In this document: one piece after another, positions 39,773 through 48,680 of the stretch
Numbering within the stretch: the stretch's first letter is position 1
How the letters are laid out: every line of letters starts with the position of its first letter
Virus record (IMG/VR): IMGVR_UViG_3300033153_006968
Location: 21,610-85,609 of that record
Direction: 5' to 3' (one strand)
DNA from: a virus
DNA: 64,000 nt
Program-made: the position numbers and the translations under genes
The notes under the pieces: generated by a model
Told to the model about the DNA's origin: nothing
What the model saw: only the letters and a program-made list of their open reading frames with translations
Database searches by the model: none

Positions 39773-42211
39773 TTAAGTCACAATACCATCGGTAGTTCGA
39801 ATAGCGGCAACACTCAAGCCAGTATTGTTCACGGTACCAGAAGTTTCAAATGGTAAGATACCTTTCTTTCTCACTCGGATTAAGACAGTTCTGTTACTTA
39901 GGTAAAGGATACTTTGTTCAACGGATGTACCTCCAGCTTCTTCGTCAATGAATGGGACATATGCATCATCGGCATCGTCATAATTCGCAACAAGAACTGG
40001 ACTTATTCCGCTGAAGATCTTCCCAGACCATGAGGTAAATATATATCTTTGTTCAGATCCATCATCGTTGTTAATAACTCTTAGAATTCCAGCAGCAGGA
40101 GTATCTTGAGCAATATTCTCTACAACTTCAAAAGTACTGAGACCTGATGTGTTGTTAGTATTATGGCTCTGGTATTGGGCCTTATTAATTGCACCCGCAG
40201 CTGTTAAGAAAACACCAACTCTATCACCAGTTATCAAAGAAGAAACCGTAACAGTAACAGAGATCGGCGGAGTCTGTGTAGCTCCAGCCGCATCAATTAA
40301 TTGATAACTTTGACCAGAAGCCATGCCGGAAACCCAAACACTTTGAGCACCGAAGAATTTACCACCAGCGAATGTCCCAAATGGAGCTGATTTAACAGGA
40401 GTATATCCTGTAAACGCCTGAATATATTCTTCGCCATCCAGTTCTGTAATCACTCCGTCAATAACTGTATACATAGCAAAATCAGAATCTTCTCTACAGA
40501 CGAACTTCAGGTATTGATATACTTGCGCTAGGGTTCTTCCAGCCTCATAGATATCGCCACCCTGTATAATCACGTCATAGGATTTATCAGATTGCTGTTC
40601 AAATGCTTTTAACATAGTATGAGAAGACTGAAGAGCCTGATCGGGAGTTGCGGTTGCACTAGACAGCTGTCCAGAAACCTCATTCCCACTCAAGTCAGTG
40701 CTAGTACAATTGCCCAATGTTAGAACACTAGATGAGTCTTTTAGAACAATTGCAGTTTGAGCCTGTCCATCATCCCATGTAACCTGTTCTCCTACGGTAA
40801 ATGTACCGCTAGTACCACCTGTAGTTACTGTCCCATTTACGAATGCAACAGTTATGTCGCTAAACCCCGATACAGCAGTAATACTATCGGCATCAAGAGT
40901 AACGTCTCCATCAGTAGCCCCTGTCGCATTTTCGTCATCGTCAAAAGTTGTGTAATAAGCTTCTCTAGCAGTCCCAGTAACAGTTTCGTCCACTTGACAA
41001 ACTGCCTTATCGTTAGCTCCATCAACTCCTCTAAGTAATCTCTTAGCGCCAGAAGTAAGGCCAGTAATAATTTGCCCTAATGTGCTAAAGTCGGATGCCT
41101 CAGCGTCCCAAGAAAGAAGAGTATCTCCAAGAGTCCCGTTCGTAATTCCGGTTGCACCAGAAGTTCCACCAGAAAAACTCTCGTCATCCGAAAGAGTTCC
41201 TTTCACTCCGCTAATTCCAAGTAGTCCAACACCAGAAGAATATTCTACAAAAGATATAACTTCAGCACTCCAAGTACCATTGGTCTCAGAAATAATTTCT
41301 CCTGTTGAGAAATCAGTACCGACCCCGCCGTCATACAAAAGATAATAGTCGGCCGTAGTATGATCTAAGTCTGTAGCTGTACCTAACGGTACGGCGTTAC
41401 GCCCACCTTCGCCAAGATCGATTTCGAAATGGTCAAAGCTATCACTTTCTTGTCTTGCGAAAACAGTCACATATCCCTTTGGTTCACCAAGTTCGTAACC
41501 AGCTTCTTTAATCTTAAGTAAAACGTCAATATGACCACGATTCCAATTGTCTAAATTACTCCATTCGTCAAGGACTATACCTCCTTGGAAAATATAAGCT
41601 TGGGGAGACGGATCGGACGAAATTGTACCAAGAGTATATACGTTAGTATAAAGTTCCTCTCCGCTCAAAGAACCGCCAGCATCTATTAAGTTTCCAGCTC
41701 CACTACCTGCACCATCGGTAACATCAAGAGCAGTTCCGACATCTGTAAATTCGTCAGACGCATCACCGTTATCAACCCGGATCCACCAGTATCTCTTTGT
41801 ATTGTCGTAAGATAGTAACGTTCCGGTATCTGTAGGAGAACCACCAGAGTACCCAATTTCCTCTCCTAAGTCTCCAGAGCCAGCCCAAACATAACCGCCA
41901 GCTTCAAGTTTCAGGAGTCGAACACCATCGTCGTAACCACTAACACTATATCCATCAGTTTTAATAGCTCCGCCACTAAGGTATTTATGAGCATAAGATA
42001 ATTCGCCAGGATCTAGGAACCATCCATTAATCATGGTGTAAGCAGTAGGAGTTTGAGCGCTCATAGGCTCAGGATTGTCCATCTGAGCTAATTCGTCAAA
42101 AACGTCCTGTAACCAGGAATATAATTCGTTGACATCGTAAACGGTTGTGCCGTATTGATGATAAACTCGTCTATTTACTGTATCGATACCAAAATCTGCT
42201 CCAATAGGCAT
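39773..42211 (-). CDS. Virion structural protein (fibre/decoration family paralog)
   Basis: 812 aa, acidic and Gly/Thr/Ser-rich; internal 'F..GE.I.G.TSGA' repeats; strong GGAGG RBS. Confidence 0.65.
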   Translation of the reverse strand: MPIGADFGIDTVNRRVYHQYGTTVYDVNELYSWLQDVFDELAQMDNPEPMSAQTPTAYTMINGWFLDPGELSYAHKYLSGGAIKTDGYSVSGYDDGVRLLKLEAGGYVWAGSGDLGEEIGYSGGSPTDTGTLLSYDNTKRYWWIRVDNGDASDEFTDVGTALDVTDGAGSGAGNLIDAGGSLSGEELYTNVYTLGTISSDPSPQAYIFQGGIVLDEWSNLDNWNRGHIDVLLKIKEAGYELGEPKGYVTVFARQESDSFDHFEIDLGEGGRNAVPLGTATDLDHTTADYYLLYDGGVGTDFSTGEIISETNGTWSAEVISFVEYSSGVGLLGISGVKGTLSDDESFSGGTSGATGITNGTLGDTLLSWDAEASDFSTLGQIITGLTSGAKRLLRGVDGANDKAVCQVDETVTGTAREAYYTTFDDDENATGATDGDVTLDADSITAVSGFSDITVAFVNGTVTTGGTSGTFTVGEQVTWDDGQAQTAIVLKDSSSVLTLGNCTSTDLSGNEVSGQLSSATATPDQALQSSHTMLKAFEQQSDKSYDVIIQGGDIYEAGRTLAQVYQYLKFVCREDSDFAMYTVIDGVITELDGEEYIQAFTGYTPVKSAPFGTFAGGKFFGAQSVWVSGMASGQSYQLIDAAGATQTPPISVTVTVSSLITGDRVGVFLTAAGAINKAQYQSHNTNNTSGLSTFEVVENIAQDTPAAGILRVINNDDGSEQRYIFTSWSGKIFSGISPVLVANYDDADDAYVPFIDEEAGGTSVEQSILYLSNRTVLIRVRKKGILPFETSGTVNNTGLSVAAIRTTDGIVT

Positions 42212-42240
42212 TCAATTTCCTCCAGATATACTGATAATCT

Positions 42241-42268
42241 ATTATACCTTGTCACGCTATGGTGTAAA
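42241..42268 (-). promoter_or_regulatory. Sigma70-like promoter upstream of 39773-42211
   Basis: Minus strand TTTACA-16 nt-TATAAT, then GGAGG RBS and ATG. Confidence 0.5.
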
Positions 42269-44488
42269 GTTTGGATCTGCAATCCATACAGCTGTAACTG
42301 TAAGACCATTTGAGTCAACTATACCGGTAGTCGAAAAAGGTAAATAGCCCTTATATCTAGCTCTTACAATTGCAGGTTGAGGGGTTCCAGTATAACTGTA
42401 AGCTTCTGTCGCTTTATAGAATCCTGCAGCACCATAAGAAGTTGTAGCCTTTTCATTCATTAGAATTGTGCCAACAACTTCATCTCCACCAGTGTCAGCC
42501 TCAATATGACATCGAACATAATTAGTAGGTTCTACACCTGTCTTAACTCCGTTCACTTCCAAAGTCACAGTAGCTGCAGGAGACCAAGTTACCCCCGCAT
42601 CGTCGGTAAAGTATTCAATCGTTCCAACTCCATAGTTGGTGACAAAAATCCCTTTAGAATATGATCTTTCTGTTGAGAATCCGCTAACTCCGACAATAAG
42701 GGCTCGACCCTGAGAATCTCGTCCCCATTCGTGGATCAATTCTCCATTCGCCGATAAGGTGGTTTCAGAAGTAAGGGCGGCAAAATAATCATAAATTATT
42801 TGCATTGATTTCGTTACACCGTCAACCCAAATCGAAAAATCCTGCTGAGACGCAGACACCAACGTTGCGCTCCAACCAGCTCCATTCCCTAAATCCTCTG
42901 TTCCAGAAAAGTCATTAGCGTCCCGCGACTTAAGGTGAACAATTCCGGCAACACTATTTCCTTCGATAATCTTAGTTACAATACCGTCAGCACTAGAGGT
43001 CCCTCCTGTCACGGTGTTGCCAACTGAAAGTGTACCGGTTCCACCTTCAAACTCAATGATACTTGATGGATTAGCGTCCTCGTTCCACGTAATTCCGCTA
43101 CCGTTGGAAAGAGCTGTCGCCTGTGTAGTTTCGTCAATTGCAGTGTCGGTAGAAAGTACTACTACACTATCGAATGATTCAGTCGAAATTTGTGTCGCAA
43201 TAAACGGACTATATAACCAACAGTCAACTCGTAATGCATGTCCACCATAGGTTGTAGTTGCACTTCCGGTGTGATAATAGAGAGTGAATACGCCAGCCGC
43301 AACACCGTTAGCGTCAGTATATGTTTCTAATACGAGATCTCCGAGAGTCGTATTTTCGTAAATGAGTACATTCGCATTTTGGATTTTTGTACCATCTGCT
43401 TCTTGTACTACGGCGTCAATACTACGCTGATCGTAAACGTAATTACTCGTCGTTGTCAACCAGTTGAATAAAGCATCGTTGTAACTTGTGATAGTCCATA
43501 CCGGATTAATTAGATACCAAGTCTTATTGCTGTTGATAATAATATTGTCAACGTTGTTAACAAAAGCGACATCTCGCGCAGTAATATTTTCGGTTGTAGT
43601 AGAACCATCTGCTGTAGTAAGGCCTGCAGTATTCAGTAGCGTTAATCCATTAATTGTTGTGCCTGCATCAAATCGCACCAACTCTGACACTCCACCACGT
43701 CCACTAATTGAACATCGGATTAATGTTGAGTCAAAAAATTCAGAACCATAAGCTATACTCAGCAGTTTGCTGTCTGTGTATTGAGCGTCATTGCCATTGA
43801 CACCTTCCCAATAAAGAGCGTTGAGCTGCGCCCAAATCAGCGAATCAAAGATACGAGTCTTGCCTCCCGACTGTATTTGCCACGTTGGTTCTCCATCGGT
43901 ATTGTTGACAAACGTCAAAATACCTCCATCAAGCGAGACTCCACCCTGTTCATAGCCCATAAATAAATAGCCATTATTAGCTACAAAATTCTGAAGTGTT
44001 GAACCAGTATCGTCAGCTTCTAAGCCTTCACCAGCATTAATCTGCAAACCAGTCGCATTGGTGCCACCACCAATCGTTAGATCGTTTGTTAACTCATATA
44101 AACCTGATTTCGAGTTAAGTCCTATACCAGAACCTGCACCACCGCTTTCGATATCGTCAAGACAATAACAGACATGAATCGTATCACTTTGTACAGGGTT
44201 AGTACCCCAATCCTCACCGACCGTTAAAATAATTGTATTTCCGTCCCCTGCTGCTTCTCCCGTACACATACGTACTTGCGGAGTCGATGCCAAATTGACA
44301 ATTACTAATCGGCCAGTATAGCCAGCTTTCTCACTCCCTATATTTCCATTGCCTGGAGGCGCGGTTGAAATATCGTCTGACATCACAACAGTATCGTCGT
44401 TAGTCTGTTGAGACTGATCCCCCAATGTCTCATCAGCGGCAAATTCGTCAATTAATGTACCAGCTCCAGGTGAATAACTAATCGCCAT
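42257..44488 (-). CDS. Virion structural protein (fibre/decoration family paralog)
   Basis: 743 aa; its C-terminal 'IVRARYKGYLPFSTTGIVDSNGLTVTAVWIAD' matches the neighbour's 'LIRVRKKGILPFETSGTVNNTGLSVAAIRTTD'. Confidence 0.65.
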   Translation of the reverse strand: MAISYSPGAGTLIDEFAADETLGDQSQQTNDDTVVMSDDISTAPPGNGNIGSEKAGYTGRLVIVNLASTPQVRMCTGEAAGDGNTIILTVGEDWGTNPVQSDTIHVCYCLDDIESGGAGSGIGLNSKSGLYELTNDLTIGGGTNATGLQINAGEGLEADDTGSTLQNFVANNGYLFMGYEQGGVSLDGGILTFVNNTDGEPTWQIQSGGKTRIFDSLIWAQLNALYWEGVNGNDAQYTDSKLLSIAYGSEFFDSTLIRCSISGRGGVSELVRFDAGTTINGLTLLNTAGLTTADGSTTTENITARDVAFVNNVDNIIINSNKTWYLINPVWTITSYNDALFNWLTTTSNYVYDQRSIDAVVQEADGTKIQNANVLIYENTTLGDLVLETYTDANGVAAGVFTLYYHTGSATTTYGGHALRVDCWLYSPFIATQISTESFDSVVVLSTDTAIDETTQATALSNGSGITWNEDANPSSIIEFEGGTGTLSVGNTVTGGTSSADGIVTKIIEGNSVAGIVHLKSRDANDFSGTEDLGNGAGWSATLVSASQQDFSIWVDGVTKSMQIIYDYFAALTSETTLSANGELIHEWGRDSQGRALIVGVSGFSTERSYSKGIFVTNYGVGTIEYFTDDAGVTWSPAATVTLEVNGVKTGVEPTNYVRCHIEADTGGDEVVGTILMNEKATTSYGAAGFYKATEAYSYTGTPQPAIVRARYKGYLPFSTTGIVDSNGLTVTAVWIADPNFTP

Positions 44489-44502
44489 CTTAATTCTCTA
44501 TT

Positions 44503-45183
44503 TTAACCATAGATATATATTTCTCTGTCATCCCAGATTTTGTTGAAATCTGAAGTCCCATTAGCGTATCTCTTAACAAGTTCGACATTGAGTTCTCCAG
44601 AAGCAGTTTCGTCAAGACGATAAATTGACCAATCCGCCGCCGAGAGAAGAGAGCCCGGAAGAGCTTCTCCTACATAAGTATAATCGTTAACTTCGTCATA
44701 TAAAATATCTAATCTACTTGGCATTGATCCATACTCCAAATTTCCATGCTGAGCCCAACCAGAGCTGGTATATACATACATTATATCGTCACTTGGGTCC
44801 CAAGCCAACTCTCCAAGTCTAGAAGAAGTAGAAGATGGTACGCCATATGTATAGGGAGTAGTAAATCTCCCGGCCGCCAAATTAAAATCATCGTCAGAAA
44901 AGTCTTGCATCATCATATAGTCGGCTACATAATCAGCAGGGACTTCTTGAGTTATACCATCTCTAGACCATTCTAGACCACTAGTAGTAATCTCGTAATA
45001 AAGATTATACGAATCTCTAAGTTCAACAGATGTAAATTGGCCGGAAGCAGTCCAAGGGGAAGGAGGATTAGCGGAATTTATTACAGTCCAATTTAAACCA
45101 CTTTCTACGGTATAGCCAAGATCGCTAATATCGACGCCAGATGCAAGCCCACCGTCAGAAGTACGGATATGTAAATCACCCAT
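44503..45183 (-). CDS. Putative virion accessory protein
   Basis: 226 aa; 'YVGEALPGS..SAADWSIYRL...YANGTSDFNKIWDDR' small phage structural module; 'GELAWD...MYVY..SGW' fibre-type motif. Confidence 0.55.
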   Translation of the reverse strand: MGDLHIRTSDGGLASGVDISDLGYTVESGLNWTVINSANPPSPWTASGQFTSVELRDSYNLYYEITTSGLEWSRDGITQEVPADYVADYMMMQDFSDDDFNLAAGRFTTPYTYGVPSSTSSRLGELAWDPSDDIMYVYTSSGWAQHGNLEYGSMPSRLDILYDEVNDYTYVGEALPGSLLSAADWSIYRLDETASGELNVELVKRYANGTSDFNKIWDDREIYIYG

Positions 45184-45185
45184 AT

Positions 45186-45686
45186 CTATAGATTGTTATT
45201 TCTCCATGCTATTTCGGCCCAAACCAATACGTTCTTTACTCCATCAAAGGCGCTTGTATTGGCGTAAAATTGAACAATGTCACCTTCGTCTAGATTAACG
45301 TCCGTAGATGTATTATGATTGCCGACAGAATCAACCATAGATAAAGAAACTATCTCTATGGTTGTGTTATTTCTTCTCATTCTCAAGGTCCACGTTTGGG
45401 CTATCTTTGTATGAGCTGCTACAGCAACAATAGTGGCAGGTCTTATGATTCTATAGCTAGAGACACCGCTAGAAAGACCGTCTATTAAAGGAAGATACCC
45501 ATTAATGGTCTTTCCCTTGCGCGCGGCAAATATATTAAACCTATTAGAGCTAAGCCATTTATCCCGAGTGCTATCTCTAACCCATAATATATCGTCACTA
45601 ACTTTTAAATTAGATAAGCTACTGTCAAGACCTAATATCTCATGTTCTATAATATGATCTACAAGAGAGGAGCCAGTAACTGCCAT
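45186..45686 (-). CDS. Putative virion accessory protein (jelly-roll-like C-terminus)
   Basis: 166 aa; 'DVNLDEGDIVQFY'; tightly packed in the structural operon. Confidence 0.5.
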   Translation of the reverse strand: MAVTGSSLVDHIIEHEILGLDSSLSNLKVSDDILWVRDSTRDKWLSSNRFNIFAARKGKTINGYLPLIDGLSSGVSSYRIIRPATIVAVAAHTKIAQTWTLRMRRNNTTIEIVSLSMVDSVGNHNTSTDVNLDEGDIVQFYANTSAFDGVKNVLVWAEIAWRNNNL

Positions 45687-46061
45687 TTAGATAGAGTCTC
45701 CAACACCCGGTAAGTCCGCAAAACTAATTGTTGGATTCTCGGAGTCGCCTCCAGCTTTAGCCCATTTAGCCCATAGATAATCGCCACTAACATTTTCTAT
45801 TTCGATATAGTCTCCAAATACTTGAATCGAACTAATTACTCGATCCCCTTCTCCAAGATGTACAAATAATCTGTCTTGACCCATATAAGACTTGTGAACC
45901 CATTCGGTATAAATTAATGGCTGATTATAGTCGAAAGGTGACTTAGGAATAACATCGGTATAAATTTTAAGCGTATCAAGAGCTAAAACTTTGCCAAGAG
46001 AATTTTTATACAATCTATATGCTGAACCTAGATATACGGTTTGCGTACTCGGTGTCGACAT
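45687..46061 (-). CDS. Hypothetical protein
   Basis: 124-aa ORF with GAGG RBS, after the capsid terminator. Confidence 0.5.
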   Translation of the reverse strand: MSTPSTQTVYLGSAYRLYKNSLGKVLALDTLKIYTDVIPKSPFDYNQPLIYTEWVHKSYMGQDRLFVHLGEGDRVISSIQVFGDYIEIENVSGDYLWAKWAKAGGDSENPTISFADLPGVGDSI

Positions 46062-46106
46062 TTGTCAAGTCCTCTTCTTAGGTTGTTAATAGAATTAGTA
46101 TATCAC

Positions 46107-46143
46107 AAAAAAAGGGCTGATACCGCGTTAACAGTATCAGCCC
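46107..46143 (-). terminator. Rho-independent terminator after major capsid gene
   Basis: Minus strand GGGCTGATAC-10 nt loop-GTATCAGCCC followed by TTTTTTT. Confidence 0.88.
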
Positions 46144-46166
46144 AGGGATTATCTTATATTAGAGGC

Positions 46167-47408
46167 TTACAGACCAGGAATAGTATCAGTAGCACCGAGC
46201 GGACCCATCGAGCCAGAAACACCGGCGTCGATAGTGGTCTGAGCGGGAAGTACAATCTCATTCGGAGTAACTTTGATATTCTTGATAACGCCAACAGCTT
46301 GACCTTCGTTCAGGATGCCAAGACCATAGCGTTCCTTCAGTTTAATCTTAGTAATGTCATTGCGGGGATCTTTAAACTCGTCAGTAGAAATATCTTCATC
46401 TACAATTAGAACGCCTAGTTCGTTGCGATCAAAGATATAAATATCAGTAAGCTTTCTACGTGCATCAAACGGAACAAACGGACTAACAAGAATAGTCAGA
46501 GGATAAGGGAAGTACGAAGGAACTTCTGGAGCACTATCGATAGTTTGGGGATAATCAAGAAGATCAGTAGCGGTTAGACTTGCAGCATTTGATCCAGGAG
46601 CAATGTTCTGACCCACGCCAGGTCCGAGACCACCTTGTGAGCTATTGCCCCAAGGAGCCTGGCCAGCAGGGTTACCACGATGAGTAGCAAAGAATGTTCC
46701 GCCGCCACTTGCAAGAGCAAACGAACGAAGAACAGGATCTTTAATCCAAATTACCCATGCAAGAGGATGCATTAAGATAGTATTGGGAACAAAGCCTTGA
46801 TGAAGAATATGGGCATACGCATCAAAAACATCGTCCATGATAACAGAACCGTTGGCATTGCCATTGAGTCCACGACCATGGGTGATACCGAGTAACGAAT
46901 TAGTAGGAGTAACGTTATCAAAGATCTTGACGCCGAGTTGGCCAATAAGGTTGAAAATCTTCTCTTCCTTATGTCGAGCAAGTGCACGACCAGCCATTCG
47001 GAGCATCATTCCAATGATATCGTACTGAGAAAATTTAATCATTTCTTCAGTGATTTTCAGGGCAAGACCGGATTTACCGATGCTAGCCGTCACCGAAGAA
47101 CCACCCCATGAAGGATAAGCTTCTGGGAATTCCATCCCTTCTGCGATATCCGAAGCGGTCAGAGCACCAGTAGCTCCGATAGTGATAGTCTGGCCATAGT
47201 GATAGTTAATGCGATTAAGCAAACTTGTTCCAATGAGCAGAGGTTCAGCAGCTTCCTTTACTATATTTTGAATAACCTTGGGAAGGAACACAGGTGCATT
47301 CATAGTAGAAATAGCATCTGTAATAGACATGCGCTCACCATCAGGAAGCGAGCCGTTGTTCCGCCACATCCATTCGTATTTTTTTACGTCCTCAACTTTG
47401 AATTCCAT
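46167..47408 (-). CDS. Major capsid protein (HK97 fold)
   Basis: 413 aa; 'FLPKVIQNIVKEAAEP', 'DIAEGMEFPE', 'KSGLALKITEEMIKFSQYDII...AGRALARHKEEKIF', 'KLKERYGLGILNEGQAV'; followed by a strong terminator. Confidence 0.92.
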   Translation of the reverse strand: MEFKVEDVKKYEWMWRNNGSLPDGERMSITDAISTMNAPVFLPKVIQNIVKEAAEPLLIGTSLLNRINYHYGQTITIGATGALTASDIAEGMEFPEAYPSWGGSSVTASIGKSGLALKITEEMIKFSQYDIIGMMLRMAGRALARHKEEKIFNLIGQLGVKIFDNVTPTNSLLGITHGRGLNGNANGSVIMDDVFDAYAHILHQGFVPNTILMHPLAWVIWIKDPVLRSFALASGGGTFFATHRGNPAGQAPWGNSSQGGLGPGVGQNIAPGSNAASLTATDLLDYPQTIDSAPEVPSYFPYPLTILVSPFVPFDARRKLTDIYIFDRNELGVLIVDEDISTDEFKDPRNDITKIKLKERYGLGILNEGQAVGVIKNIKVTPNEIVLPAQTTIDAGVSGSMGPLGATDTIPGL

Positions 47409-47426
47409 TTTATCGGAAGCCTCCTT

Positions 47427-48662
47427 TTATCGGGATACCAGATTTACAAGCGCAACAAGATTAGCAGCTCCGGCATAATGAACCGCAGCGCTAGCACCAC
47501 CAGTCGCAGAACCAGGCATCTGATCCATTTGACCAGTAGCAGCTCCACCAGGGAGTGAACCAGATGCATCAGTGCTTAGGTTTGACCAAGCAGTTCTTAC
47601 TCTATCAAGATAGTCCTTAGGTTCTGATTGAATCTCTAAGATTTGACCCATGATAGCAGAGAAAGTATCAAAATTATCAGTTACTCCATCTCCAAATACC
47701 TTGGGGACAGCAAGTGCCCAGTTAGAGTCACTATTGCATTTTAAGAAATCGCCAGCTTCAAGATTTCCAACTGCACAGGCAAATACCGAAACGGTACCAG
47801 GAGCAGAAGCATAATTGTAATAACTAACAGAATAAGTACCGCTTAGAGTAGTTGGAGTATACACAGTAACAATACCAGAGATTAAGTCAACATGCCAATC
47901 GCCATCAGAAACACATTGCGCAGCAGTGCTTTTTTCGGTTACGAACCGAGTCGAAGCATCAGCCAAACTGTTGTTAGCAAATGTGATCGGAGTACGAGTG
48001 ACAGTATTCTTTGCAACAGGTAGGTTGTTAAAAGCGTCAAAAACTTGAAGATTTGCAGTTCGCGCACCAGCAGTAATCGTTTCCGAAGAAGTCGAAGCTG
48101 GTACAATTGCTAATTCAAGAACATAATCACATACAAGAGCAACACGATGTTGCATATTGTAATTATGATGTCTGTAAAATGCTGGGTTACTACCATCGTC
48201 GCCAGGGCTACCATCTCCACACCACTGAAGGAATGGATACGAAGCAACACCGACAGGAGATTTAGCAGACCAAGTTACCCCTGCAACTCCCATCCAAGCA
48301 GCTACGCCAGAAAGATCTATTGGACTTGCCGATACACTTGCGGAAGTACAAACATTGCCAGTTCTTACATCGATAGTTCCTACATTAACATCGTTTGTAG
48401 TATACGTAACAGTAGAGCTACCCAACATGTATTGTCCAGGAACAATGCGCCCTTGAGGGTCTGTCGATATAACCTTACCCGGCATGGTAACAATCCAGTT
48501 TTCGAAATGCCTATCGAAAAAAGAAACCGGCAACCAAGCCGCAGGTTTTGCTTCAAGATAAGGACGAATACCTTCAGATTTCTCTGCAACAGGTACAATA
48601 TTCCCTACATGATCCCAAGATTTATGGTTGGCTGTTAGTTGGCCTACAGTGTTAAAAGTCAT
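47427..48662 (-). CDS. Head decoration / capsid auxiliary protein
   Basis: 411 aa between scaffold and capsid genes; 'LEAGDFLKCNSDSNW...IMGQILEI' beta-tulip-like decoration pattern. Confidence 0.65.
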   Translation of the reverse strand: MTFNTVGQLTANHKSWDHVGNIVPVAEKSEGIRPYLEAKPAAWLPVSFFDRHFENWIVTMPGKVISTDPQGRIVPGQYMLGSSTVTYTTNDVNVGTIDVRTGNVCTSASVSASPIDLSGVAAWMGVAGVTWSAKSPVGVASYPFLQWCGDGSPGDDGSNPAFYRHHNYNMQHRVALVCDYVLELAIVPASTSSETITAGARTANLQVFDAFNNLPVAKNTVTRTPITFANNSLADASTRFVTEKSTAAQCVSDGDWHVDLISGIVTVYTPTTLSGTYSVSYYNYASAPGTVSVFACAVGNLEAGDFLKCNSDSNWALAVPKVFGDGVTDNFDTFSAIMGQILEIQSEPKDYLDRVRTAWSNLSTDASGSLPGGAATGQMDQMPGSATGGASAAVHYAGAANLVALVNLVSR

Positions 48663-48680
48663 TTTCTTCTATGGTCCTCC

